This document shows positions 15,101-30,100 of a stretch of DNA of 64,000 nt, in pieces; the stretch's first letter is position 1, and every line of letters begins with the position of its first letter. Under the pieces are notes generated by a model that saw nothing but the letters and a program-made list of their open reading frames with translations, was not told the DNA's origin and made no database searches. The position numbers and the translations under genes are program-made. The stretch spans positions 6,414 through 70,413 of the forward strand of contig JAUCBJ010004858.1 in assembly GCA_032718475.1 (NCBI GenBank), in the 5' to 3' direction. The DNA comes from Nemertoderma westbladi. Lineage: Eukaryota > Animalia > Xenacoelomorpha.

Positions 15101-18100
15101 TAGGTACAGACATCGACAACTCACGGCTTAGGTACAGAAATCGACAACTCACGGCATAGGTACAGACATCGACAACTCCCGGCATAGGTACAGACATCGA
15201 CAACTCACGGAATACTGTAGGTACAGACATCGACATCACACGGAATAGGTACAGACATCGACATCACACGGAATAGGTACAGACATCGACAACTCACGGC
15301 ATAGGTACAGACATCGACAACTCACGGCATAGGTACAGACATCGACAACTCACGGCATAGGTACAGACATCGACAACTCACGGCATAGGTACAGACATCG
15401 ACAACTCCCGGCATAGGTACAGACATCGACAACTCACGGAATACTGTAGGTACAGACATCGACATCACACGGAATAGGTACAGACATCGACAACTCATGG
15501 CATAGGTACAGACATCGACAACTGACGGCATAGGTACAGACATCGACAACACACGGAATAGGTACAGACATCGACATCACACGGAATAGGTACAGACATC
15601 GACATCACACGGAATAGGTACAGACATCGACAACTCACGGAATAGGCGCAGACATCGACAACTCACGGCATAGGTACAGACATCGTAAAACTCACGGCAT
15701 AGGTACAGACATCGACAACTCACGGCATAGGTACAGACATCGACAACACACGGAATAGGTACAGACATCGACCACACGGAATAGGTACAGACATCGACAT
15801 CACACGGAATAGGTACAGACATCAACAACACACGGGATAGGTACATACATCGACAACTCACGGCATAGGTACAGACATCGACATCACACGGAATAGGTAC
15901 ATACATCGACAACACACGGAATAGGTACAGACATCGACAACTCACGGCATAGGTACAGACATCGACAACACACGGAATAGCTACAGACATCGACAACCCA
16001 CGGCATAGGTACAGACATCGACAACTCACGGCATAGGTACAGACATCGACAACTCACGGAATAGGTACAGACATCGACAACTCACGGCATAGGTACAGAC
16101 ATCGACAACTCACGGAATAGGTACAGACATCGACATCACACGGAATAGGTACAGACATCGACAACACACGGAATAGGTACAGACATCGACAACTCACGGC
16201 ATAGGTGCAGACATCGACAACACACGGAATAGGTACAGACATCGACAACACACGGCATAGGTACAGACATCGACAACTCACGGCATAGGTACAGACATCG
16301 ACAACTCACGGCATAGGTACAGACATCGACAACTCACGGAATAGGTACAGACATCGACATCACACGGAATAGGTACAGACATCGACAACACACGGAATAG
16401 GTACAGACATCGACAACTCACGGCATAGGTACAGACATCGACAACACACGGAATAGGTACAGACATCGACAACTCACGGCATAGGTACAGACATCGACAA
16501 TACACGGAATAGGTACAGACATCGACATCACACGGCATAGGTACAGACATCGACAACTCACGGAATAGGCGCAGACATCGAAGAGACATTCGTCGTAGGA
16601 AATCATAACGTCGATGAAGTTGGCGCACAACCCGAAGGGCCCGGTTGGGTCTGTTAGCAGCCCACACTGCTGGGCGGCGAAGGCCTGTACCTCAGCGGAA
16701 CAGCTGACAGGAACCACGGGGCCATTGTAGTGGCAACTGAATATAGAAGAAATAGAATATATACAACAGTTGATAAACCAAGTTTACGAGCAAACAGTAA
16801 GAACAGATAATTCATTACCGGATATACGATAGACCGGATAGACGTCGATCATTTTCATTAGACGTTTTAATTAAGGGTGTAACGGTTTTCGCCGCCGTTT
16901 TTTTTAAATAAAACAATTACGTTAGTCCAATGTCTATTTTGACTTCTCCAGGCCGTCCCGTCTTCAGGGTAAACATATGTAATAAATAGTATTCAAAAAC
17001 AGAGTAAGGCCCGCCGCACTCTAGAGATACAAGATGCAAGATACCAGATGCAAAAATCGTTCCCGACGTACACTAGAGATGCAAGATGCAAAAATCGTTC
17101 CCGACGTACACTAGAGATGCAAGATGCAAGATGCATCGTATTTTATTTTATATATTGATAGCTTTTATGTTATTTATTTATTGCGTTTAAAATTTATTCC
17201 CATTATATATATCATTTCACGAGAGCATTATTGGATAAATCCAATAAATTACAAGACACCTGTGGCTGGCGTTATGGCAAAGTTATATAATCAACTGCGA
17301 GATGATCCCGACACCACATACATTTGCGAATGATACTCTCATGTCCGTTTGGTACATTTGTTGCACTTTTGTCCCTAATTGATGGAAACATCCGAAAGTG
17401 CAGCGCCAAGTTTAGAAAAGCGATTGGAGCGAAGGAAAAACTGTTAGTCACACTGAGGTGCAGTATAATATAATATTGGGTGGCAACACATGCTAATTAA
17501 TATATTACTTTGATTATTTTAATGTATATTTCAAAGAATTTATCTCACTGCATCTCTAGTGTGCGTGCCTCCCATAGGATCTACATGTATTCTATAATTC
17601 GAGATGCAAAAAATTGAACATCGTGCATCGTCCTTCTTTGCATCTTGCATCTCTAGTGTGCGGCGGGCCTAAGGTGGCAGGCAGATATAGTCTGTGCGAG
17701 AAATACTAATACTGGGCTAAAAACTACACGGTTCAGAAATTCGTATTGGGCGTAAGGTATAATATTACAGCGATAATCGGGCCTTAAATGTAAAGTAGAG
17801 TAAAAAAATTTTTCGACCGCTATACTAGGGATTACGCAGAAAGCATTCTTACTATACTTACAGTATTTCCAGTGTGGTCCACTCAGAACTCTACACCCAG
17901 ACGAAACTGGTACTCAAATAGTAGCCATTCATGGATGCAAGAGTTGCGCTCCGGCTAGTCCATTTAAAGCATTCGTTACGAAACAAATACCACCCCCCCC
18001 CCCCCCCCCCCCCCCCCCCAGCTGGGATCGAACCCACGACCTCCAGATAGATGTAAATTTAATACAACTATGGCGAATTAATGGGACTATGGCTTTGATC

Positions 18101-21100
18101 TTAACTTACGGTCACTGCGGTAACGGGCAGTACATTAAAGCACCGCGGTACCAAGGATGCACTCTCTAAATTAACTTACTAGTACTGGAGATAATATCGC
18201 GATAACTAAGGATATAACTTACTAGTACTGGAGATACTGGAGATAATATCGCGATAACTAAGGATATAACTTACTAGTACTGGAGATACTGGAGATAATA
18301 TCGCGATAACTAAGGATATAACTTACTAGTACTGGAGATACTGGAGATAATATCGCGATAACTAAGGATATAACTTACTAGTACTGGAGATACTGGAGAT
18401 AATATCGCGATAACTAAGGATATAACTTACATAGTACTGGAGATACTGGAGATAATATCGCGATAACTAAGGATATAACTTACTAGTACTGGAGATACTG
18501 GAGATAATATCGCGATAACTAAGGATATAACTTACTAGTACTGGAGATACTGGAGATAATATCGCGATAACTAAGGATATAACTTACTAGTTCTGGAGAT
18601 ACTGGAGATAATATCGCGATAACTAAGGATATAACTTACTAGTACTGGAGATACTGGAGATAATATCGCGATAACTAAGGATATAACTTACTAGTACTGG
18701 AGATACTGGAGATAATATCGCGATAACTAAGGATATAACTTACTAATTCTGGAGATAATATCGCGATAACTAAGGATATAACTTACTAGTACTGGAGATA
18801 CTGGAGATAATATCGCGATAACTAAGGATATAACTTACTAGTACTGGAGATACTGGAGATAATATCGCGATAACTAAGGATATAACTTACTAGTACTGGA
18901 GATACTGGAGATAATATCGCGATAACTAAGGATATAACTTACTAGTACTGGAGATACTGGAGATAATATCGCGATAACTAAGGATATAACTTACTAGTAC
19001 AGGAGATAGTGGAGATAATATCGCGATAACTAAGGATATAACTTACTAGTACTGGAGATACTGGAGATAATATCGCGATAACTAAGGATATAACTTACTA
19101 GTACTGGAGATACTGGAGATAATATCGCGATAACTAAGGATATAACTTACTAGTACTGGAGATACTGGAGATAATATCGCGATAACTAAGGATATAACTT
19201 ACTAGTACTGGAGATACTGGAGATAATATCGCGATAACTAAGGATATAACTTACTAGTACTGGAGATACTGGAGATAATATCGCGATAACTAAGGATATA
19301 ACTTACTAGTACTGGAGATACTGGAGATAATATCGCGATAACTAAGGATATAACTTACTAGTACTGGAGATACTGGAGATAATATCGCGATAACTAAGGA
19401 TATAACTTACTAGTACTGGAGATACTGGAGATAATATCGCGATAACTAAGGATATAACTTACTGAGTACTGGAGATACTGGAGATAATATCGCGATAACT
19501 AAGGATATAACTTACTAGTACTGGAGATACTGGAGATAATATCGCGATAACTAAGGATATAACTTACTAGTACTGGAGATACTGGAGATAATATCGCGAT
19601 AACTAAGGATAGAAATTACTGGTACTGGAGATACTGGAGATAATATCGCGATAACTAAGGATATAACTTACTAGTACTGGTGATACTGGAGATAATATCG
19701 CGATAACTAAGGATATAACTTACTAGTACTGGTGATACTGGAGATAATATCGCGATAACTAAGGATATAACTTACTAGTACTGGAGATACTGGAGATAAT
19801 ATCGCGATAACTAAGGATATAACTTACTAGTACTGGAGATACTGGAGATAATATCGCGATAACTAAGGATATAACTTACTAGTACTGGAAGATAATATCG
19901 CGATAACTAAGGATATAACTTACTAGTACTGGAGATACTGGAGATAATATCGCGATAACTAAGGATATAACTTACTAGTACTGGAGATAATATCGCGATA
20001 ACTAAGGATATAACTTACTCGTACTGGAGATAATATCGCGATAACTAAGGATATAACTTACTAGTACTGGAGATAGCTGGAGATAATATCGCGATAACTA
20101 AGGATATAACTTACTAGTTCTGGAGATACTGGAGATAATATCGCGATAACTAAGGATATAACTTACTAGTACTGGAGATGCTGGAGATAATATCGCGATA
20201 ACTAAGGATATAACTTACTAGTACTGGAGATACTGGAGATAATATCGCGATAACTAAGGATATAACTTACTAGTACTGGAGATACTGGAGATAATATCGC
20301 GATAACTAAGGATATAACTTACTAGTACTGGAGATAATATCGCGATAACTAAGGATATAACTTACTAGTACTGGAGATACTGGAGATAATATCGCGATAA
20401 CTAAGGATATAACTTACTAGTACTGGAGATACTGGAGATAATATCGCGATAACTAAGGATATAACTACTAGTCTGGAGATACTGGAGATAATATCGCGAT
20501 AACTAAGGATATAACTTACTAGTACTGGAGATACTGGAGATAATATCGCGATAACTAAGGATATAACTTACTAGTTACTGGAGATAATATCGCGATAACT
20601 AAGGATATAACTTACTAGTACTGGAGATACTGGAGATAATATCGCGATAACTAAGGATATAACTTACTAGTACTGGAGATACTGGAGATAATATCGCGAT
20701 AACTAAGGATATAACTTACTAGTACTGGAGATACTGGAGATAATATCGCGATAACTAAGGATATAACTTACTAGTACTGGAGATACTGGAGATAATATCG
20801 CGATAACTAAGGATATAACTTACTAGTACTGGAGATACTGGAGATAATATCGCGATAACTAAGGATATAACGTACTAGTACTGGAGATACTGGAGATAAT
20901 ATCGCGATAACTAAGGATATAACTTACTAGTACTGGAGATACTGGAGATAATATCGCGATAACTAAGGATATAACTTACTAGTACTGGAGATAATATCGC
21001 GATAACTAAGGATATAACTTACTAGTACTGGAGATACTGGAGATAATATCGCGATAACTAAGGATATAACTTACTAGTACTGGAGATACTGGAGATAATA

Positions 21101-24100
21101 TCGCGATAACTAAGGATATAACTTACTAGTACTGGAGATACTGGAGATAATATCGCGATAACTAAGGATAGAAATTACTAGTACTGGAGATACTGGAGAT
21201 AATATCGCGATAACTAAGGATATAACTTACTAGTACTGGTGATCCTGGAGATAATATCGCGATAACTAAGGATATAACTTACTCGTACTGGAGATAATAT
21301 CGCGATAACTAAGGATATAACTTACTAGTACTGGAGATACTGGAGATAATATCGCGATAACTAAGGATATAACTTACTAGTTCTGGAGATAATATCGCGA
21401 TAACTAAGGATATAACTTACTAGTACTGGAGTTGGAGATAATATCGCGATAACTAAGGATATAACTTACTAGTACTGGAGATAATATCGCGATAACTAAG
21501 GATATAACTTACTAGTACTGGAGATAATATCGCGATAACTAAGGATATAACTTACTAGTACTGGAGATACTGGAGATAATATCGCGATAACTAAGGATAT
21601 AACTTACTAGTACTGGAGATACTGGAGATAATATCGCGATAACTAAGGATATAACTTACTAGTACTGGAGATACTGGAGATAATATCGCGATAACTAAGG
21701 ATATAACTTACTAGTACTGGAGATACTGGAGATAATATCGCGATAACTAAGGATATAACTTACTAGTACTGGAGATACTGGAGATAATATCGCGATAACT
21801 AAGGATATAACTTACTAGTACGGAGATACTGGAGATAATATCGCGATAACTAAGGATATAACTTACTAGTACTGGAGATACTGGAGATAATATCGCGATA
21901 ACTAAGGATATAACTTACTAGTACTGGAGATACTGGAGATAATATCGCGATAACTAAGGATATAACTTACTAGTACTGGAGATACTGGAGATAATATCGC
22001 GATAACTAAGGATATAACTTACTAGTACTGGAGATACTGGAGATAATATCGCGATAACTAAGGATATAACTTACTAGTACTGGAGATACTGGAGATAATA
22101 TCGCGATAACTAAGGATATAACTTACTAGTACTGGAGATACTGGAGATAATATCGCGATAACTAAGGATATAACTTACTAGTACTGGAGATACTGGAGAT
22201 AATATCGCGATAACTAAGGATATAACTTACTAGTACTGGAGATACTGGAGATAATATCGCGATAACTAAGGATATAACTTACTAGTACTGGAGATACTGG
22301 AGATAATATCGCGATAACTAAGGATATAACTTACTAGTACTGGAGATACTGAAGATAATATCGCGATAACTAAGGATATAACTTACTAGTACTGGAGATA
22401 CTGGAGATAATATCGCGATAACTAAGGATATAACTTACTAGTTCTGGAGATAATATCGCGATAACTAAGGATATAACTTACTAGTACTGGAGATAATATC
22501 GCGATAACTAAGGATATAACTTACTAGTACTGGAGATACTAGAGATAATATCGCGATAACTAAGTACTGTATATAACTTACTAGTACTTGAGATACTGGA
22601 GATAATATCGCGATAACTAAGGATAGAACGTACTAGTACTGGAGATACTGGAGATAATATCGCGATAACTAAGGATATAACTTACTAGTTCTGGAGATAA
22701 TATCGCGATAACTAAGGATATAACTTACTAGTACTGGAGATACTGGAGATAATATCGCGATAACTAAGGATATAACTTACTCTTCGTCTGTCCCGGTTTT
22801 CCAGCAGTTTCCCCAGTCGTTCGGGTCGCCGTGAGCGACTCCTCCACAGACGTCATCGTTCGAAGGGTTCGCGTCGCAGTTACCGCACATACCATCAACC
22901 TATAAATTTAGATGATATTGTATGGAGAACATTGTGTATAAAGTTTAATAAACTGGAGGTGAGGCATCGTAATTAAAGGGGGTGATTGGGAGTTGTGGCG
23001 ACGCAATTTTGTCGACAATCCGGCATAGCACACTTAATAATATGTATATAGACCTATATCATGCATGCCGACAGTAATAATTGTTAATGTGTTGATTATT
23101 TACTACAGTATATAATATACTTTTTTTGGAAATCTTTTATTCTTATCGAATAAAAGTCTTGGAAATATAAATATCACTTAATAATTGAAAGTTATTTATG
23201 ACACTGCCGAACAGATTAGTTTCAAGGTCAAGGAACAATATGGCTGGCCAGCAGATATTATCTATGTAATATCTCACACTCTATTTACACCGAAATGTTT
23301 CACATAGGAGAAGGTGAAGGTTATTCACCTCCCTGTGACAATACAGATACAGATAATTAAATAAATAAATAATTAATTTGATAAAAGCTTTTATTGAGTT
23401 TATTATCAGCAAGTGATGATTACCTTTCCAGCGAAGGTTGGTGGCAGCGCGACCATTGCGCTGTAACGTGTATCATACACCACCCAGAGTCCGAAATCTG
23501 TCTTAATCAAAACTCTCTGGTTGCAAAGTTCAATTGTGACTTTGTTCTCTAATGGCACATAAGGCATGTTCACAGCAACACCATCAACCTAAAGGTAAAA
23601 CAAAAATATCAGCAAGAAAATCAACAATAAATTCTGCGTTTGAACCTTGACAAGCTTACTTATGCCTACATGTCGCGTAAAATAAACACATTCATTCATT
23701 TTAAAATAAACAACCAGACTGAATTGAACTTACACTCAAATAGAGAAAATTTAAATTAACATAAATCTATCGCAAATTTCTCGTACAAACATATTAAACG
23801 ATTAAGAGATAAAATTATTATCGCGCAAACTTACAAATATATCTCCTCCGAAATAAACTTCTATATGGAAGCCGTAGACCTTAACATCGACCAGTGCAAC
23901 GGAGGTACTCATGTGAAGCTCCTCCCAGTTGTGTTCCCTATTCTTAACATTGACCTCGAACGACGGGATATCGTTGGCGGTATTCTTCGTCCACAGATAC
24001 TGGCAGCTGCCTTGGAAACTAACCCGACGACCATCGAAGCTCTCATAATGTGGATCGCCGCTGCCCCAACAAATACAATAACCTGAAATAACGAGCAAAA

Positions 24101-27100
24101 ATAATATACGTTAATATAGTTTCTTAACCATCAAACAGAAACACTGGTGTTGCCCTAGGAACGGGTGTTCACATACAGACCATGACCCGTAATATAGTGT
24201 CATTTTCTGATGACACAGATCTACAAAGCTTTACCATATTGCTTGAAATTTGGAACACAACTAGTGTAAACTCACAGTCAAATTCCACACGAAGCTCGAA
24301 TTGTTAATTCCGCCTTTACATTTTTTATAGGCGTGCAAAGTCGCACCCTTCGTATCGTGGCCATTCTTCCCATTATTAGTCAAGAATTAGTCGTATGATT
24401 TATAATATCATTATAAAGCTTTAAATACAAGGTTTCCACAAATGTAACAATGTATAGGCGTTCAAAGATTGCAAGAATAATCGTACGCTGGAGGATTTAT
24501 TATATTTAATAAATACACAACATTCTATAGTAATGTGTACAATAAAATAATTGTAACATTCATACCGAGAAGCATATATAATTACAAACCTGGAGGTGGG
24601 TTGTCACAAACACTGGCTCTGTCTCGTCTGGGGCAACAATATTTAACTTCGTAGTTGTAACAAAGCCCATCCGGCTGGGCCAGATTCACACATTCGAACC
24701 CGGGAATCGCAGTCGCGCTCGAGAATATCTCGCCCGTAGCGGTTGCTGGTTGTTTGCCCTGCGGTGTTGGAGGGCAGTTAGTTAGTTATAGGTATGGGAA
24801 CATTGGCAAAGTAAGGCGGGAGGATTAATAAGGCAGACGTTATTATCAACCTTATATCCAGCACACAGCACACAATACAAATTCCACACTCTTATTATAT
24901 TTGGGAAGCAAATTGAAAAGCAATTACTTATGGGAAACCATGGAATGTTATGACGTATATTTTGGTAAAGATTGAATTATCGAATCGATGTGTGGTGCAA
25001 GATTGTTGGCTCACCTGTTTGGTTCTAGCCTACCAGGTTATCGGCTTACCACTTTGGTTCTAGCCTACCAGGTCATTGGTCTACTTCTTTGGTTCTAGCC
25101 TACCAGGTCATTGGTCTACTTCTTTGGTTCTAGCCTACCAAGTCATTGGCCTACCTCTTTGGTTCTAGCCTACCAGGTTATTGGCCTACCTCTTTGGTTC
25201 TAGCCTACCAGGTTATTGGCCTGCCTCTTGGGTTATAGCCTACCAGGTTATTGGCCTACCTCTTTGGTTCTAGCCTACCAAGTCATTGGCCTACCTCTTT
25301 GGTTCTAGCCTACCAGGTTATTGGCCTACCTCTTTGGTTCTAGCCTACCAGGTTATTGGCCTGCCTCTTGGGTTATAGCCTACCAGGTTATTGGCCTACC
25401 TCTTTGGTTCTAGCATACCAGGTCAATGGTCTACCTCTTTGGTTCTAGCCTACCAAGTCATTGGCCTACCTCTTTGGTTCTAGCATACCAGGTCAATGGT
25501 CTACCTCTTTGGTTCTAGCCTACCAAGTCATTGGCCTACCTCTTTGGTTCTAGCCTACCAGGTTATTGGCCTACCTCTTTGGTTCTAGCCTACCAGGTTA
25601 TTGGCCTGCCTCTTGGGTTATAGCCTACCAGGTTATTGGCCTACCTCGTTGGTTCTAGCCTACCAGGTTATTGGCCTAACTCTTTGGTTTTAGCCTACCA
25701 GGTTATTGGCCTACCACTTTGGTTCAACCTACCAGGTTATTGGCCTACATCTTTGGTTCTAGCCTACCAGGTTATTGGCCTACCTCTTTGGTTCTAGCCT
25801 ACCAGGTTATTGGCCTACCTCTTTGGCTCTAGCCTACCAGGTTATTGGCCTACCTCTTTGGTTCTAGCCTACCAGGTTATTGGCCTAACTCTTTGGTTTT
25901 AGCCTACCAGGTTATTGGCCTACCACTTTGGTTCAACCTACCAGGTTATTGGCCTACATCTTTTGTTCTAGCCTACCAGGTTATTGGCCTACCTCTTTGG
26001 TTCTAGCCTACCAGGTTATTGGCCTACCTCTTTGGTTCTAGCCTACCAGATTATTGGCCTACATCTTTGGTTCTAGCCTACCAGGTCATTGGCCTACCTC
26101 TTTGGTTCTAGCCTACCATGTTATCGGCCTACCTCTTTGGTTCTAGCCTACCAGGTAATTGGCCTACCTCTTTGGTTCCAGCCTACCAGGTTATTGGCCT
26201 ACCTCTTTTGTTTTTGCCTACCAGGTTATTGGCCTACCTCTTTGGTTCTAGCCTACCATGTTATCGGCCTACCTCTTTGGTTCTAGCCTACCATGTTATC
26301 GGCCTACCTCTTTGGTTCTAGCCTACCAGGTTATTGGCCTACCTCTTTGGTTCCAGCCTACCAGGTTATTGGCCTACCTCTTTTGTTTTTGCCTACCAGG
26401 TTATTGGCCTACCTCTTTGGTTCTAGCCTACCATGTTATCGGCCTACCTCTTTGGTTCTAGCCTACCAGGTTATTGGCCTACCTCTTTGGTTCCAGCCTA
26501 CCAGGTCATTGGCCTACCTCTTTGGTTCTAGCCTACCATGTTATCGGCCTACCTCTTTGGTTCTAGCCTACCAGGTTATTGGCCTACCTCTTTGGTTCCA
26601 GCCTACCAGGTTATTGGCCTACCTCTTTTGTTTTTGCCTACCAGGTTATTGGCCTACCTCTTTGGTTCTAGCCTACCAGGTTATGGGCCTACCTCTTTGG
26701 TTCCAGCATACCAGATTATTGGCCTACCTCTTTTGTTCTAGCCTACCCAGTTATTGGCCTACCTCTTTTGTTCTAGCCTACCCTGTTATTGGCCTACCTC
26801 TTTGGTTCTAGCCTACCAGATTATTGGCCTACCTCTTTTGTTCTAGCCTACCCTGTTATTGGCCTACCTCTTTGGTTCTAGCCTACCAGATTATTGGCCT
26901 ACCTTTTGGTTCTAGCGTACCAGGTTATTGGCCTACCTCTTTGGTTCTAGCCTACCATGTTATCGGCCTACCTATTTGGTTCTAGCCTACCAGGTTATTG
27001 GCCTACCTCTTCGGTTCTAGCCTACCAGGTTATGGGCCTACCTCTTTGGTTCTAGCCTACCATGTTATTGGCCTACCTCTTTGGTTCTAGCCTACCAGAT

Positions 27101-30100
27101 TATTGGCCTGCCTCTTGGGTTCTAGCCTACCAGGTTATTGGCCTACCTCTTTGGATTTAGCCTACCAGGTTATTGGCCTACCTCTTGGTTCTAACCTACC
27201 AGGTTATTGGCCTACCTCTTTGGTTCTCGCCTACCATGTTATTGGCCTACCTCTTTGGTTCTAGTCTACCATATTATTGGCCTACCTCTTTGGTTCTAGC
27301 CTACAAGGTTTATGGCCCGCCTCTTTGGTTCTAGCCTACCAGGTTATTGGCCTACCTCTTTGGCTCTAGCCTACCAGATTATTGGCCTACCTGTTTGGTT
27401 CTAGCCTACCAGGTTATTGGCCTACCTCTTTGGTTCTAACCTACCAGGTTATTGGCCTACCTCTTTGGTTTTAGCCTACCAGGTTATTGGCCTACCTCTT
27501 TGGTTCTAGCCTACCAGATTATTGGCCTACCTCTTTGGTTCTAGCCTACCCTGTTATTGGCCTACCTTTGGATTCTAGCCTACCAGATTATTGGCCTACC
27601 TCTTTGGTTCTAGCGTACCAGGTTATTGGCCTACCTCTTTGGTTCTAGCCTACCATGTTATCGGCCTACCACTTTGGTTCTAGCCTACCAGGTTATTGGC
27701 CTACCTCTTTGGTTCTAGCCTACCAGGTAATTGGCCTACCTCTTTGGTTCTAGCCTACCATGTTATCGGCCTACCACTTTGGTTCTAGCCTACCAGGTTA
27801 TTGGCCTACCTCTTTGGTTCTAGCCTACCAGGTTATTGGCCTACCTCTTTGGTTCTAGCCTACCATGTTATCGGCCTACCACTTTGGTTCTAGCCTACCA
27901 GGTTATTGGCCTACCTCTTTGGTTCTAGCCTACCAGATTATTGGCCTACCTCTTTGGTTCTAGCCTACTAGGTTATTGGCCTATCTCTTTGGTTCTAGCC
28001 TACCAGGTTATGGGCCTACCTCTTTGGTTCTAGCCTACCATGTTATTGGCCTACCTCTTTGGTTCTAGCCTACAAGATTATTGGCCTACCTCTTTGGTTC
28101 TAGCCTACCAGGTTATAGGTCTACCTCTTTGGTTCTAGCCTACCAAGTCATTGGCCTACCTCTTTGGTTCTAGCCTACCAAGTCATTGGCCTACCTCTTT
28201 GGTTCTAGCCTACCAGATTATTGGCCTACCTCTTTGGTTCTCGCCTACCAGGTTATTGGCCTACCTCTTTGGTTCTAGCCTACCAGGTTATTGGCGTACC
28301 TCTTTGGTTCTAGCATTCCAGATTATTGGTCTACCTCTTTGGTTCTAGCCTACCAGGTTATTGGCCTACCTCTGGTTCTAGCCTACCATGTTATTGGCCT
28401 ACCTCTTTGGTTCTAACCTACCAGATTATTGGCCTACCTCTTTGGTTCTAGCGTACCAGGTTATTGGCCTACCTCTTTCGTTCTAGCCTACCAGGTTATT
28501 GGCCTATCTCTTTGGTTCTAGCCTACCGGGTTATTGGCCTACCTCTTTGGTTCTAGCCTACCAGGTTATAGGCCTACCTCTTTGGTTCTAGCATACCAGA
28601 TTATTGGTCTACCTCTTTGTTTCTAGCCTACTAGCTCTAAGTTATTGGCCTACCTCTTTGATTCTAGCCTACCAGGTTATTGGCCTACCTCTTTGGTTCT
28701 AGCCTACCAGGTTATTGGCCTACCTCTTTGGTTCTAGCCTACCAGGTTATTGGCCTACCTCTTTGGTTCTAGCCTACCAGGTTATTGGCCTACCTCTTTG
28801 GTTCTAGCCTACCAGGTTATTGGCCTACCTCTTTGGTTCTAGCCTACCAGGTTATTGGCCTACCTCTTTGGTTCTAGCCTACCAGGTTATTGGCCTACCT
28901 CTTTGGTTCTAGCGTACAACGCGGTCGGGTCTGTGCAGAGGTTCGGGTGAACGGAAGAAATGGCGGCGAGAGTTTCATCGTCTCCTAGGCCTCCCTCATC
29001 GTCTACATCGTAAAAGTTTGTCCACGACCCTTCGCAATCCGGTTCTGGAGCTGCATTAGAGATTATAGAAGGAAGGTCTATTAGTATGAGAAATATCGAA
29101 TTTTAGGAGTGAAATTAGAAAATTATTTATTTTTGAACGGTGTTTTTAAATATGAAATAATAATTAAAAAGTAATGTGGGGTGTGTAGAATAGGAATTAA
29201 ATATAATCGTTATATTCCGAGAAGAATGAGCTAAATTGCATGCATAAGCAAAGACTAAAGTGATGATGAACAAATGATTTGGTGTATGCAAATCCTCGAT
29301 CAGCTGACAGCAGAACGACTGGTTTCACACCGCATGATATTCAACCTAATGTATGGTTGAATGAAATAATAGAATCTAGAGAGAGTATGTGCTTTGAAGT
29401 GGGGTCAAATCACGGGAAGCAGGACAATTCGGTCCCGGACAATTCGGTCCCGGACAATTCCGTCCCGTACAATTCGGTCCCGGACAATTCGGTCCCGGAC
29501 AATTCGTTCCCGGACAATTCGGTCCCATTAATTTTGTGTTTTGGGACCGAATTGTCCGGATACTGACTAGGACAATTCGGTCCCAAAACATGCATATTAA
29601 TGGGACCGAATTGGGCCCATGTGAAGAATACCAGACTTTCTGCCGTTATATTTCACTTTGCGGTTACCCCCATGTGAAGAATACCAGGTTTTCACCAAAA
29701 ACACAGGTAACAGAAGGGCTTAATCTAACCAAAACAATAAACGAATTAGTATATGTACAGGTTATACGAACGAAATAAGCGCTATAAAACACTTAAAAAA
29801 AACACTAGCTACCATATAATAATATATATTAAGGTTCTAGAACATTCACCATTATATTGTACCAATTAAATTCGGTCCCGGACAATTCGGTCCCGGACAA
29901 TTCGGTCCCGGACAATTGGGTCCCATTTATTTAGTGTTTTTGGACCGAATTGTCCGGGACCGAATAGTCCGGGACCGAATTGTCCGGACCGAATTCTTCG
30001 GTACCGAATTGTCCCGGACCGAATTGTCCTACATCCAAATCACGTAAGGGCCTTATTTCAATAAAGGGCTTCACAATTAATTATTTTTTTAGATTATTTA

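Noticed and set aside
10897-16281. Many Cys-rich short minus-strand ORFs (and similar plus-strand ORFs at 26089-28348)
   Set aside because: Repeat artefacts of 28- and 35-bp units that are not multiples of 3.
18019-18050. tRNA/SINE B-box fragment (ggttcgatccc on minus strand) beside a poly-C run
   Set aside because: Too short to classify; no A box or body recognised.
18420-21830. Single-base indels in 52-bp units as meaningful variants
   Set aside because: Scattered singletons look like long-read consensus errors.
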